From assembly GCA_963757545.1 (NCBI GenBank), contig CAVWSA010000025.1, positions 6,898 to 70,897 of the forward strand: a DNA stretch of 64,000 nucleotides, in the 5' to 3' direction. This document shows, piece after piece, positions 16,946-27,243 of this stretch. Source of the DNA: an uncultured Actinomycetes bacterium. GTDB taxonomy: Bacteria; Actinomycetota; Actinomycetes; Streptosporangiales; Streptosporangiaceae. The position numbers were made by a program, and so were the translations under genes. The notes under the pieces are model-generated. The model was given only the letters and a program-made list of their open reading frames with translations. It made no database searches and was not told where the DNA came from. How positions within the stretch are numbered: position 1 is the first letter of the stretch; the number at the start of each line of letters is the position of its first letter.

Positions 16946-17306
16946 ATGAACCGTGAACGCCTCAAGGGGCACCTCGATCTGCTGCTGCTGGCCGTGCTCG
17001 CGGCCGGGCCAGGCGCATGGCTACGCGGTGATCTCGGCCCTGCGCCAGCGCAGCGAGGGCACTTTCGACCTGCCGGAAGGCACCGTGTACCCGGCGCTGC
17101 ACCGGCTGGAGGACGCCGGGCTGCTCAGCAGCAGCTGGGCCGACGCGGAAGGCCGCCGCCGCCGGGTGTACGCGCTGACCACCCAGGGCGCCGCCGCGCT
17201 GACCACCGAGGAGAGTGAGTGGCGGCGGTTCGCGCGTGCGGTTCAGGCGGTGACCAGCGGCCCCGGCCTGGCCGGCGGCCCGATCGTGGCTGGGGGGATG
17301 GCGTGA
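16946..17306 (+). pseudogene. PadR-family transcriptional regulator, one frame change near 17012
   Basis: The N-terminus MNRERLKGHLDLLLLAVLAAGP is in frame 16946. The rest (HGYAVISALRQRSEGTFDLPEGTVYPALHRLEDAGLLSSSW) is in frame 16953. The length is 3n+1. This could be a sequencing error. Confidence 0.75.
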
Positions 17307-18109
17307 GCGACAGGGAAATGAACGGCCGGGACGATGCGGTCGAGGAGTACCTGGACGAGCTGTACACCAAGCTGCGCGGCTCACCCCGGCAGGGACGGCG
17401 GCTGCTGGCCGAGGCCGAGGACCACCTGCGCCAGGGCGTGGACGAGGGGCTGGCCGGCGGGCTCACCCTGCCGGAGGCGCAACAGCATGCCGTGTCCAGT
17501 TTCGGCTCGGTGCGGGCCGTGGTCCGGGCGCACGACAGCCGGCTGCGCCGGGTGCCCGGTACGGCGGTCCTGGTCGACCTGATCATGTCCGGCTGGAAGC
17601 TGGGCTCGATCGGGCTACTCGCGGTCGGCGCCAGCGGCCTGGTCGTGGCGGCCATGAACGTGCTGTTCGGCCGGCCGTTCGTGGCGGCGGTGACCCCCGG
17701 CATCCGGCTGCCCGCCGCGTCCTGCCGGTACTGGCTGCACATCTGGCCCGGCGCGCACAGCTGCGCCCAGGCGTACATGCTGGAGAGCAGCAGCGACGCG
17801 GTCTCGCTGCGGCTCGGCGCCGGCCTGCTCGGCCTGCTCCTGCTGGGCGGCTACTACCTGGCCCGGCGCCGGGGCTGGTCGCCGGGTGTGCTGCCGGACG
17901 CGTTCACCCCGACCATCGCGGTGACGGTGTTCGGCATGGCCGGCCTCGGCCTGGCCTGGCTGGCCGCGATGAACGGCGGCGGCCTGGTCGCGGTGCGCGG
18001 GATCACCGGGCCCGGCTGGTATCTCAGCGGCGCCATCGTCGCGCTGGCCCTGGCGGCCGGCTACGGCCTGCAGCTGCAGCGCACGCTGCTCCGGCACGCC
18101 CGCCGCTGA
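17303..18109 (+). CDS. PadR-associated membrane protein (N-terminal cytoplasmic helical domain plus ~5 TM helices)
   Basis: GTGA overlap with the PadR stop. VEEYLDELYTKLRGSPRQGRRLLAEAEDHLRQGVDE resembles the DUF1700/HAAS-type prefix. TM segments follow. Confidence 0.7.
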   Translation: MSDREMNGRDDAVEEYLDELYTKLRGSPRQGRRLLAEAEDHLRQGVDEGLAGGLTLPEAQQHAVSSFGSVRAVVRAHDSRLRRVPGTAVLVDLIMSGWKLGSIGLLAVGASGLVVAAMNVLFGRPFVAAVTPGIRLPAASCRYWLHIWPGAHSCAQAYMLESSSDAVSLRLGAGLLGLLLLGGYYLARRRGWSPGVLPDAFTPTIAVTVFGMAGLGLAWLAAMNGGGLVAVRGITGPGWYLSGAIVALALAAGYGLQLQRTLLRHARR

Positions 18110-18152
18110 CCGCCTGCCGCCCGCCGCTGACCGGACAAGAGCCGGCCGCCTG

Positions 18153-18941
18153 CTAGCCGCCGTGGGCGGCGAGCAGGTGGCTGGTCAGCGCGACGGTCAC
18201 CTCGCCGGGCTGGGACACGTTGGCCAGGTGCGCCGCACCGCGGATGACCCGGAGCCGGGCACCGGGGATGGCCCGGGCGATCACCGCGCCGTGCCAGGGT
18301 GGGGTGGCCGGGTCCTCGCTGCCCGCGATGACCAGGGTTGGCGCGGTGATGGCGGGCAGCACGGGCCGCAGGTCCATGCCCGCGATCGCGTCGCAGCAGC
18401 CCGCGTAGCCGACCGGGTCGACGCTGCTGCTCATCGTGGCCACGAAGGCGGCCGGGGTGGCCGGGTCATGGGCGGCAAAGGCCGGGGTGAACCAGCGGCC
18501 CACCACCTGCCCGGCCAGCGGCGCCAGCCCGCCGGCCCGCACCTTGGCCGCCCGGTCGGTCCAGAACGCCCGGTCCGGGAAGCAGGCCGAGGTGCAGCAG
18601 ACGGCCAGCGCGGCGATCCGGTCCGGCGCGTGCGCGGCCAGCCACATGCCGACCATGCCGCCGAGCGAGACACCGCAGTACGACACCGGCCCGGTGCCCA
18701 GCTCATCGAGCAGCCGCAGCACATCCCCGCCCAGGTCGGCAATCGTGTACGGACCGGGCGGGACGGGCGAGCCGCCGTGCCCGCGATGCTCGTACTGGAC
18801 CACCCGGAAGTGCCGCCGCAGCGTGGCCAGCTGCGGCTGCCAGAGCTCGCCGGTCGTGCCCAGCGAGTTGCCCAGCACCAGCACCGGCGCGTCGGCCGGC
18901 CCGTCGTCCACCGTGAAGGCCAGCCGCACCGGCTCAGACAT
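18153..18941 (-). CDS. pcaD: 3-oxoadipate enol-lactonase
   Basis: Alpha/beta hydrolase with LVLGNSLGT, nucleophile GVSLGG and AAHLANVSQP. It sits inside the pca cluster. Start at ATG 18941. Confidence 0.85.
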   Translation of the reverse strand: MSEPVRLAFTVDDGPADAPVLVLGNSLGTTGELWQPQLATLRRHFRVVQYEHRGHGGSPVPPGPYTIADLGGDVLRLLDELGTGPVSYCGVSLGGMVGMWLAAHAPDRIAALAVCCTSACFPDRAFWTDRAAKVRAGGLAPLAGQVVGRWFTPAFAAHDPATPAAFVATMSSSVDPVGYAGCCDAIAGMDLRPVLPAITAPTLVIAGSEDPATPPWHGAVIARAIPGARLRVIRGAAHLANVSQPGEVTVALTSHLLAAHGG

Positions 18942-19509
18942 CGAAGAACACTGTTTCGCCGTCGCCCTGCAGCCGGATGTCGAAGCGGTAGCTGTCCTGC
19001 GCACCGGGCTCGGCGGTGGCGATCAGCGTGGCCCGGCGGTCCTGGTCGGCGAGGCTGGCCAGCACCGGGTCGGCCGCGTTGGCCGCGGCCTGGTCGGCGA
19101 AGTAGATCCGGGTGACCACCCGGTCGAGCAGGCCGCGGGCGAACACCGACACGTCCAGGTGCGGTGCCTCGGTCCCGCCGTCCGGGCTGGGCAGCGCGCC
19201 GGGCCGCAGGGTGATGATCCGGTAGCTGCCGTCGGGCCCGGTCGGGGACCGGCCGAAGCCACGGAACCCGGTGCCGCCCGCCGGGGCGCCGCGCGGGTCG
19301 TCGGGATGATCGAATCGCCCGGACGGGTCGGCCTGCCAGGTCTCGATGAGCCCGTCCGGCACCGGGTCGCCGGCCCCGTCGGTCAGCCGGCCGGTGATCG
19401 TGATCGCGCCGGGGGTGCCCTCGGCCACCACGTACGGGCCATCCGGCCAGGGCAGCCCCATGCCGAGGAACGGCCCGACGGTCTGCGACGGGGTGAGCCC
19501 ACCAGTCAC
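18934..19509 (-). CDS. pcaG: protocatechuate 3,4-dioxygenase alpha subunit
   Basis: VTGGLTPSQTVGPFLGMGLPW...HLDVSVFARGLLDRVVTRIYF. GTG 19509 overlaps the reconstructed pcaH stop (GTGA). Confidence 0.85.
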   Translation of the reverse strand: MTGGLTPSQTVGPFLGMGLPWPDGPYVVAEGTPGAITITGRLTDGAGDPVPDGLIETWQADPSGRFDHPDDPRGAPAGGTGFRGFGRSPTGPDGSYRIITLRPGALPSPDGGTEAPHLDVSVFARGLLDRVVTRIYFADQAAANAADPVLASLADQDRRATLIATAEPGAQDSYRFDIRLQGDGETVFFDV

Positions 19510-20248
19510 CGGGCACCGTCCTGCGCCTCGAACGGGGTCGCGCCGGTGCCGCGCAGCACGATGTCCCAGGTGTAGGCGAGCGCCCAGTCCGGCTCGGTCA
19601 GGTCGATGCTGAACTGGGAGATGAGCCGCTGCCCGGGCCTTCGGGTCGGGGATCGAGTTGAAGATCGGGTCGTACGGGAACAGCGGGTCGTCCGGGAAGT
19701 ACATCTGGGTCACCAGGCGCTGGGTGAACGCCCGGCCGAACATGGAGAAGTGGATGTGCGCCGGCCGCCAGGCGTTGTAGTGGTTGCCCCACGGATAGGA
19801 ACCCGGCTTGATCGTGATGAACCGGTACCGGCCCTCCGAGTCGGTCACGCACCGGCCGACCCCGGAGAAGTTCGGGTCCAGCGGCGCCGGGTGCTGGTCC
19901 ACCTTGTGGTGGTAGCGGCCCGCCGCGTTGGCCTGCCACACCTCCAGCAGCGTGTCCGGGATCGGCCGCCCGTCGCTGTCCAGCACCCGGCCGGTCACGA
20001 TGATCCGCTCGCCGAGCGGCTCACCGGCGTGCTGCCTGGTCAGGTCGGCGTCGGCCGCGGTGACCCGGTCCGGGCCGAGCAGCGGGCCGGTGATCTCGGT
20101 CAGCCGCTGCGGAAGCAGCACCAGCGGCTGGTGCGGTGCGCGCAGCGCGGTGGACCGGTAGCCCGGGGAATCCAGCGGCGGGTGCACCCCGTCCCCCGCC
20201 CGCGGGTAGGACGGCAGACTGGAGATCGGCCGGCGGGTGGGTGGTCAT
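19506..20248 (-). pseudogene. pcaH: protocatechuate 3,4-dioxygenase beta subunit, two +1 frame changes (about 20200 and 19632)
   Basis: MTTHPPADLQSAVLPAGG / VHPPLDSPGYRSTALRAPHQPLV...RPAHIHFSMFG...IFNSIPDPKAR / QRLISQFSIDLTEPDWALAYTWDIVLRGTGATPFEAQDGAR lie in three frames. The length is 3n+2. Both extra bases fall in G runs. Confidence 0.8.
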
Positions 20249-20262
20249 CAGGGTGCTCTCCC

Positions 20263-21070
20263 TCACACGCTCGTACTGTTTGCCTGAAGCTGGCGCAAGG
20301 CGGCGAGTTCCGCGGCGGTCGGCGGCGCAAGCATCTGCCAGGGAATCAGACACCGCGAGTTCCCAGCCCGTCCGGGCCCGGACGTCCGGCACCGTGACCC
20401 CGGGGTAGATCCCGGTCAGGGTCAGCTCGCAGCTGGCCGGGTCCGGCTCGAGGATGCCGAGGTCGGTGATGACCTTGCGGGGGCCCGCCCCGGTCAGGCC
20501 GCGGCGCTCCCGGTAGCCGGGCCCGTCGCCGAAGCCGACCGAGGTGACGAAGTCCACCCGGTCCACGAAGGACCGGCGGCTCTGCCGGACCACCACGATC
20601 ACTTCCCGGCAGGACGCGGCGATCTCCGGTGCCCCGCCCGCGCCGGGCAGCCGCACCTTCGGGTCCGCGTAGGACGCGCCGATGACGGTGGTGTTGATGT
20701 TGCCGAACCGGTCGATCTGCGCGGCACCCAGGAAGCCGATGCCGATCCGGCCGGGCTGCAGCCAGTAGTTGAAGATCTCCGGGACGCTGACCACCGCGTC
20801 CGCGGTCTCGGCCAGGATCCCGTCGCCGATGGACAGCGGCAGCCGGCCCGGCTTGGCCCCGATGGTGCCCGACTCATAGATCAGCACCAGGCCCGGCGCG
20901 TGCGTGGCGCGGGCCAGGTTGGCCGCGGCGCTGGGCAGGCCGATGCCGACGAAGCAGGTCATGCCGTCGGTCAGCGCCCGGGCCGCGCACGCGGTCATCA
21001 TCTCGTCCGCGGTGAACGGGGACCGGTCCGCCGCGCTGGCCGGTGCCTCCCCGCGCCCGGTGGCGGTCAC
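20263..21070 (-). pseudogene. pcaJ: CoA-transferase subunit B (probable 3-oxoadipate:succinyl-CoA transferase by context), one frame change near 20338
   Basis: FVGIGLPSAAANLARATHAPGLVLIYESGTIGAKP...AAQIDRFGNINTTVIG. The C-terminus QMLAPPTAAELAALRQLQANSTSV is in the +1 frame. The length is 3n+1. Confidence 0.75.
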
Positions 21071-21936
21071 GCGTCACGCCCCGTCTCGGCGGGCGCAGCA
21101 CCGGCCAGCGAGCCCGAGGTGGCCAGCACCTCGTCGGCCAGCCACTGGCTGAACCGGTCCCGGTCCCGGCTGATCTCATCCCAGGCCTGGTAGTAGTCGT
21201 TGTCCCGGGCGGTGAAGCCGAGCGCGTACGAGGGGTGCGACCCGCCGGGAACTTCCGCCACGTAGTCCACCACCCAGGTGGGCAGCACGATCGCCCCCGG
21301 CTGCGGGGCAAGCTGGTCCACGATCTCCTCGACCGTCACGACCGAACGCCGGGCGCTGAGCACGGCTTCCTTCTGCACCCCGGTGATCCCCCAGAGCTGC
21401 ACGTTGCCGGCCCGGTCGGCGCGCTGCGCGTGGATGACCGCCACGTCCGGGTTGAGCGCGGCCACCGCGGTCAGCCGCTCGCCGGTGAACGGGCAGGTGA
21501 TGGGGCGGATGGCGGGCTGGCCGTCCAGGCCAGGCAGGCCCTCCAGGCCGGTTCCGCTGTACCCGCGCAAGATGGCGAACGGCATCCCGGACGCACCCGC
21601 CACGTACCGGTTGGCCATGCCCGCGTGGCTGTGCTCCTCCAGCTGCAGCGGCCCGGGCCAGCTGTTCTCCACCGCGTCGCGGAACCGGTGCAGCGAGCCG
21701 ACGCCGGGGTTGCCGCCCCAGGAGAAGATCAGCCGGCTCGCGCAGCCAGCCCCGATGAGCTGGTCATAGATCAGGTCCGGGGTCATCCTGACCAGGGTCA
21801 GGTCGCGCCGCCGCTGCCGGATCACCTCGTGCCCGGCGGCGAACGGGATGAGGTGGGTGAATCCCTCCATGGCCACCTGGTCGCCGTCGTGTACCGCGCG
21901 GGCGATGGCCTCAGCCAGTGAAACGATCTCCGCCAT
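21067..21936 (-). CDS. pcaI: CoA-transferase subunit A (glutaconate-CoA-transferase-like type; probable 3-oxoadipate CoA-transferase by context)
   Basis: MAEIVSLAEAIARAVHDGDQVAMEGFTHLIPFAAGHEVIRQ...IHAQRADRAGNVQLWG. 4-nt overlap with subunit B. Confidence 0.8.
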   Translation of the reverse strand: MAEIVSLAEAIARAVHDGDQVAMEGFTHLIPFAAGHEVIRQRRRDLTLVRMTPDLIYDQLIGAGCASRLIFSWGGNPGVGSLHRFRDAVENSWPGPLQLEEHSHAGMANRYVAGASGMPFAILRGYSGTGLEGLPGLDGQPAIRPITCPFTGERLTAVAALNPDVAVIHAQRADRAGNVQLWGITGVQKEAVLSARRSVVTVEEIVDQLAPQPGAIVLPTWVVDYVAEVPGGSHPSYALGFTARDNDYYQAWDEISRDRDRFSQWLADEVLATSGSLAGAAPAETGRDA

Positions 21937-22056
21937 ATCCTCCTGCCCCGGACCGCGTATCCCCGGACACCATAATGGCCACGTGGTCGCGATAAGTACA
22001 GCCGTTCGTCATACGGACACCGCAGTCCGGCCCCGGCCGGCCCCGATCGGCCCGGC

Positions 22057-22434
22057 TCAGGCTGTCTCGGCGAGCACACGCTGCGCGATGGCGAAGGCCC
22101 GGTTGGCCGCCGGGACCCCGGCGTAGATGGCCGCGTGCAGCAGCACCTCGCGGATCTGCTCGGCACTGAGCCCGTTGCGCAGCGCGGCGCGCAGGTGCAT
22201 GGCCAGTTCCTCTTCCTTGCCCAGCACGACGAGCGCGGTCAGCGTGATCATGCTCCGCTCAGCCCGGGTCAGCCCGGGCCGGGACCACACCTCGCCCCAC
22301 GCGTACCGGGTGATGAAGTCCTGGAACGGGGCGGTGAAGTCGGTGGTCCCGGCCACCGCCCGGTCCACGTGCGCATCGCCCAGGACCTCCCGGCGGACGG
22401 TCATTCCCTGCTCGTGTCGCTCCTCGTCGTTCAT
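22057..22434 (-). CDS. pcaC: 4-carboxymuconolactone decarboxylase
   Basis: The CMD domain reads FITRYAWGEVWSRPGLTRAERSMITLTALVVLG...EVLLHAAIYAGVPAA. ATGA overlap with pcaB. Confidence 0.85.
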   Translation of the reverse strand: MNDEERHEQGMTVRREVLGDAHVDRAVAGTTDFTAPFQDFITRYAWGEVWSRPGLTRAERSMITLTALVVLGKEEELAMHLRAALRNGLSAEQIREVLLHAAIYAGVPAANRAFAIAQRVLAETA

Positions 22435-23831
22435 GGCCGGCCATTCTGCTCGGTGCGCGCGTGCGCGGCCAGCGCGGCGGTCACGAACTCGCCCGCCGCG
22501 CCCAGGTAACCGGCCGGGTCGAGGGCCTGCTCGACCTGCCCGGGCGTGATCCCGGCCGCGGCCAGCGGCCTGCTTCCGGCCCGCCCAGCAGGCCGTCGCG
22601 CAGCGACTGGCCGGCCGCCGCGGCCCGCGCGCTGGCCTGGGCGACCAGGTCGTGCGCCCCGGCCCGGCCGAGGGCCGGGGCGAGCAGCGCCGCGACGTGC
22701 TCGGCCAGCGGGAAGCCACCCGCGGCGTCCAGGTTGGCCCGCATCCGGGCCGGGTCGGCGCGCAGCCCGGTCAGCATGTCCACCGCCCAGGACGCGGCCG
22801 ACCCGGTGAGCCGGAGCAGGTCGCTCAGCGGCGCCCACTCCGCGTGCCACGCCCCCGCCGCACGCTGGTGCTCCTGCTCGGCCGAACTGGCCAGGGTGGC
22901 CAGCAGCCCGGGCACCTGCTTGGTGCAGCCGAGCACCGCGATGGCGGCCACCGGGTTCTGCTTGTGCGGCATGGCCGACGAGCCACCCCGGCCGTCCCCG
23001 CCGCGCTCGTGGACCTCGGCCACCTCGGACTGGGCCAGCAGGGTCACGTCCCGGGCGATCTTGCCGAGCACGCCGGTGACACCGGCGCACGCCGCGCCGA
23101 TCTCGATGATCCGCAGCCGGTCGGTGTGCCAGGGCATCGTGGGCACGGCCAGGCCGAGTTCGGCGGCCAGCCGGGCAGCCACCTCCGGCCCGGCGCCGCC
23201 CAGCGCGGCCAGCGTGCCCGCCGCCCCGCCGAACTGCACCGCGAGCCCGGCTGGTGGCCACCCGGGCCAGCGCACCGCGCGCCTCGTCCAGGCCGGTCAG
23301 CCAGCCCGCCGCGACCAGCCCGAAGGTGACCGGTACCGCCTGCTGCAGCAGGGTGCGGCCGATCATCAGCGTGTCCCGGTGCGCGGCGGCCAGGCGGGCC
23401 GCGGCGGCGGCCGCGGCGGCCAGGTCGGCGGCCACCGCGGCCAGTGCCTGCCGGGCCAGCAGCATGGCCGCGGTGTCGAGGATGTCCTGGCTGGTCGCGC
23501 CCTTGTGCACGGCGGCCGCGGCGTCCGGCGGCAGCCGCCGGCCCAGTTCCCGGGCCAGCGCGGGCACCGGGTTGCCGGTGAGCGCTGCCTGCTCGCCCAG
23601 CCGGGCCGGGTCGAACGCGCCGGCCCGGGCCGCCTCGGTCACCGCCGCGCCCGCGCCCGGGGCGGCCAGCCCGGCCGCTTCCAGGGCCCGGGCCAGCCCG
23701 GCCTCGGTATCCAGCATGGCCTGCAGCCAGGCCCGGTCCGAGGTGTCCACCTGGCCGCGGCTGAACACGCCGTCGAAAAGCCCGCCCGGAGTCTGCACCG
23801 CCCCACGATAGCCCGGCGGATTCGTCATCAC
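22431..23831 (-). pseudogene. pcaB: 3-carboxy-cis,cis-muconate cycloisomerase with a compensating pair of frame changes (+1 near 23249, -1 near 22573)
   Basis: The N-terminal part (HKGATSQDILDTA) and the C-terminal part (LAAAGITPGQVEQALDPAGYLGAAGEFV) are in the frame of ORF 22431..23831. The central ~680 nt (LAVQFGGAAGTLAAL...GSSAMPHKQNPV...) are in the frame of ORF 22481..23275. Confidence 0.8.
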
Positions 23832-23892
23832 CCGGCCAGGAAATCACCTCAGCCATGCAACGCTACGTAGTCATCTGGTTCTCATAAGTGAT

Positions 23893-24450
23893 GTGACCGG
23901 GGAGGTAGCGATCCTAGACACGACCGAGACGAGCCAGGCCGGGACGTCCAGGCAGCAGGAGTTCGGCCAGTTCATGACCGCACGCTGGCCGGGCCTGGTC
24001 CGGCTGGCCTATGGCCTGACCGGCGACCGGTGGCTGGCCGAGGACGTCGCGCAGGCCGCGCTGGCCAGCGCGTACGCGGCCTGGTGGCGGGTCCGCCGGG
24101 CCGACGATCCGGACGCCTACGTGCGCCGCATCCTGATCAACACCAGCCACCGGCGGTTCCGGCGGCACCGGGTCGCCGAGCAGGCGCACCAGCCGGCGGA
24201 ACTCCCGGACGCCGCGGTAGCCGACCCGGCCGAGCTGATCGGCCAGCGCAGCGTGCTGCTGGCCGCGGTGCGCGAGCTGCCCGCCCGGCAGCGCGCGATC
24301 GTGCTGCTCCGGTACTGGGACGACCTGAGCGACGCGCAGGTGGCGGCCATCCTCGGCTGCTCGCCGGGCACGGTGCGCAGCCAGGCGTCCCGGGCCCTGG
24401 CCAAGCTGCGCGGCAGCGCCGCGCTGGCCGACCAAGGAGGAAGTCAGTGA
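23893..24450 (+). CDS. ECF (SigE-type) RNA polymerase sigma factor
   Basis: Region 2 is LAEDVAQAALASAY. Region 4 is LPARQRAIVLLRYWDDLSDAQVAAILGCSPGTVRSQASRALAKLR. Confidence 0.85.
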   Translation: MTGEVAILDTTETSQAGTSRQQEFGQFMTARWPGLVRLAYGLTGDRWLAEDVAQAALASAYAAWWRVRRADDPDAYVRRILINTSHRRFRRHRVAEQAHQPAELPDAAVADPAELIGQRSVLLAAVRELPARQRAIVLLRYWDDLSDAQVAAILGCSPGTVRSQASRALAKLRGSAALADQGGSQ

Positions 24451-25684
24451 CCAGTCCCGACGAGCAGGTACTCCGCCAGCGGCTGCACCACGAGCTGGCC
24501 GCGCTGCCCGCCCCGGCCGCCCCGGTGGGCGCGGCCATCCGGCGCGGCACCATGCTGCGCGGCCGGCGCTGGGTGGCCGCGGCGTCGGGGCTGGCCGCGG
24601 TGGCCGCCGTGGCCGTGTCCGTCCCGCTGCTGTCCGGCCGGGCCCAGCCCGCGCGCGGCTGGCCCGCGACGCCCAGGTCAGCCGGGCCAGGCAGGCCACC
24701 GCGGGCCAGCACCGGCCCGCGCCGGTGCTGACCGGGACCGCATTCGCCGCGGGCACGGCAGCAGGCCGGCCCTGGCAGCTGTCGGTGCGCAACATCGCGG
24801 ATCCCGGCGCCCGCTGCCTACCCACCATCATGCTCAACGCCACCGACGGGTATCTGCCGTCGCCCGGTGCCGGGGTTGCGGGCGGTATCGCCAGCCTGGC
24901 CTTCCTGACCAACGTGCCCGGCCAGCCCGCTACGGGTTACGCCGCGCTGCGTGTCTCGCCGGCCGTCACCCGGCTCACCGCCGGGCTGCGGGACGGCCGC
25001 ACCCTGGTGCTGCATCCGGTGACCATCGAGGCGTGCGGGCAGCGGCTGCCGCTGGCCGGGTTCAGCTACCCGCGGTCCGGGGTGGCCACGATCACCGCGT
25101 TCGCCGGAACCCAGGTGCTGGCCCGGGTCACCCCGCCGGCCAGCCTGTTCAGCCAGCCGGCCGCCCCGGCGGGCGGCTACGCCGCAGCGGGCACGCCGGG
25201 CTCGGCCGGATCCACGCTGCGCCTGGTGCCCGGGGTCTGGCAGCAGCTGTGGCGCACGCCGCGCCCGGTGGCGGCCGGGACGGTGGCGTCCGGGCAGCTG
25301 GGCGGCACCCGGTGGCGGATCTCCGTCCAGCTCGGCGCGGCCGGTGACTGCTTCCTCGGCGCCACGTTCGGCGGGCAGGTGGCCACTCAGGCCACCGACT
25401 GCGTGCCGATCGCGGTCCCGCCACGAACCGTCACGCTGCAGCGGTTCCCGATCCAGCAGCGCACCGGGCTGACCGGCTACGCCGGGCTGGCCAGCCCGCA
25501 GACCGCGTACCTGGTCGCCAGGCTGTCCGGTGGCGGCTCGCTGCGGGTCCAGCCGGCCCAGGTCGGCGGGCGGCGCTACTTCGCGCTGGCGTTGCCGGCC
25601 AGCCGGACGCTGACCCAGGTCACCGGATATGACTGGGCCGGGCGGGCGTTGCGTATGGTGCGGTTTCCCATCTCCGCCAGCTGA
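24447..25684 (+). pseudogene. putative single-pass anti-sigma / sigma-associated membrane protein with a large extracytoplasmic domain; probable frame change near 24650 (alternatively two genes)
   Basis: GTGA overlap with the sigma gene. The N-terminus VTSPDEQVLRQRLHHELAALP plus the TM helix WVAAASGLAAVAAVAVSVPLL is in frame 24447. The ~320-aa remainder (track ORF 24725..25684) is in another frame and has no signal of its own. The length is 3n+2. Confidence 0.5.
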
Positions 25685-25734
25685 GCGATGGGCGGGCTGG
25701 TCACGCCGCCGGACGGGGGCCTATCGTCTCCTGT

Positions 25735-27094
25735 ATGACCGTGCAATCATCGCTTTCCGGCGGCCCTGGCCTGGCTCAGGTGCGCCGCCTCGTCACCGAG
25801 ATCCCCGGGCCCTGCTCGCGCGAGCTGCTGGCCCGCCGCGAGGCCAGTGTGGCCCGCGGGGTCAGCCACGTCCTGCCGGTGTTCATCACCGCGGCGGGCG
25901 GTGGCGTGCTCATCGACGTGGACGGCAACTCGCTGATCGACTTCGGGTCCGGCATCGCCGTGACGTCGGTGGGCAACAGCGCGCCCCGGGTGGTGGCCGG
26001 CGTGCAGGAGCAGGTCGCGCGGTTCACCCACACCTGCTTCATGGTCACGCCGTACGAGGGCTACGTGGCCGTGTGCGAGGAGCTGGCCCGGCGCACCCCC
26101 GGTGACCACGACAAGCGGTCCGCGCTGGTCAACTCGGGCGCGGAGGCGGTGGAGAACGCGGTCAAGATCGCCCGGCACGCCACCGGGCGCCCGGCCATCG
26201 TGGCGTTCGACCACGCCTACCACGGCCGGACCAACCTGACCATGGCGCTGACCGCCAAGAACATGCCGTACAAGGACAAGATGGGGCCGTTCGCCGGGGA
26301 GGTCTACCGGATGCCGATGGCCTACCCGTTCCGCTGGCCGGGTGGCCCGGAGGCGTGCGCGGCGAACGCGCTGGATGTGATCACCGGGCTGATCCACACC
26401 CAGGTCGGCGAGGACAACGTGGCCGCGGTGCTCATCGAGCCGATCCAGGGCGAGGGCGGTTTCGTGGTACCGCCGGACGGGTTCCTGACCGGGCTGGCCG
26501 CGTTCTGCCGGGAGAACGGCATCGCTGCTGATCGCCGACGAGATCCAGAGCGGGTTCTGCCGGACCGGTGACTGGTTCGCCTGCGACCGCGAGGGGGTCG
26601 TGCCCGACCTGGTCACCACGGCCAAGGGCATCGCCGACGGGCTGCCGCTGGCCGCGGTGACCGGGCGGACCGAGATCATGGATTCGGTGCACGTGGGCGG
26701 GCTCGGCGGCACCTACGGCGGCAACCCGGTGGCCTGCGCGGCCGCGCTCGGCGCGATCGAGACCATGGCGGCCGAGGATCTCGCCGGGCGGGCCCGGCGG
26801 ATCGGCGACATCATGCTGCCCCGGCTGCACAAGCTGGCCGAGGCCAACCCGGTCATCGGGGATGTCCGCGGCCGCGGCGCGATGATCGCCATCGAACTGG
26901 TCCGGCCCGGCACGCTGGAGCCCGCGCCGGCCGCGGCGGCCCAGGTGGCCAAGGCCTGCCACAGTGCTGGCCTGGTCGTGCTCACCTGCGGCACGTTCGG
27001 CAACGTGCTGCGCTTCCTGCCGCCGCTGGTGATCGGCGAGCAGCTGCTCGAAGAGGGCCTGGGCATCCTGGAGGACGCCTTCGGCACGCTCTGA
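25735..27094 (+). pseudogene. gabT: 4-aminobutyrate aminotransferase, one +1 frame change near 26524
   Basis: ORF 25735..26571 ends ...FCRENGI. ORF 26600..27094 and its upstream frame continue LLIADEIQSGFCRTGDWFACDREGVVPDLVTTAKGIADGLPL (PLP lysine). The length is 3n+1. Confidence 0.85.
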
Positions 27095-27243
27095 GGCCAC
27101 GCCGCCCGGGCGGCGGCCCGGCCATGCGCGGGAGCGGACAAAACCTGGTGCGAACTTGCGCACAGGCGTCATATGGACGGGCCCGCGGAGCTGGTGTTCT
27201 GCTGGGTTCACCGCGTTAAATCGTGGCTCAGCGAGGAGGCCCC

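Noticed and set aside
18934-20187. Apparent single 417-aa PcaH-PcaG fusion protein
   Set aside because: The joining segment (AAAHLPVQHRPDRAGLGARLHLGH...) is out-of-frame translation. Removing one G near 19632 restores the normal PcaH C-terminus, its TGA, and a GTGA-overlapping pcaG start.
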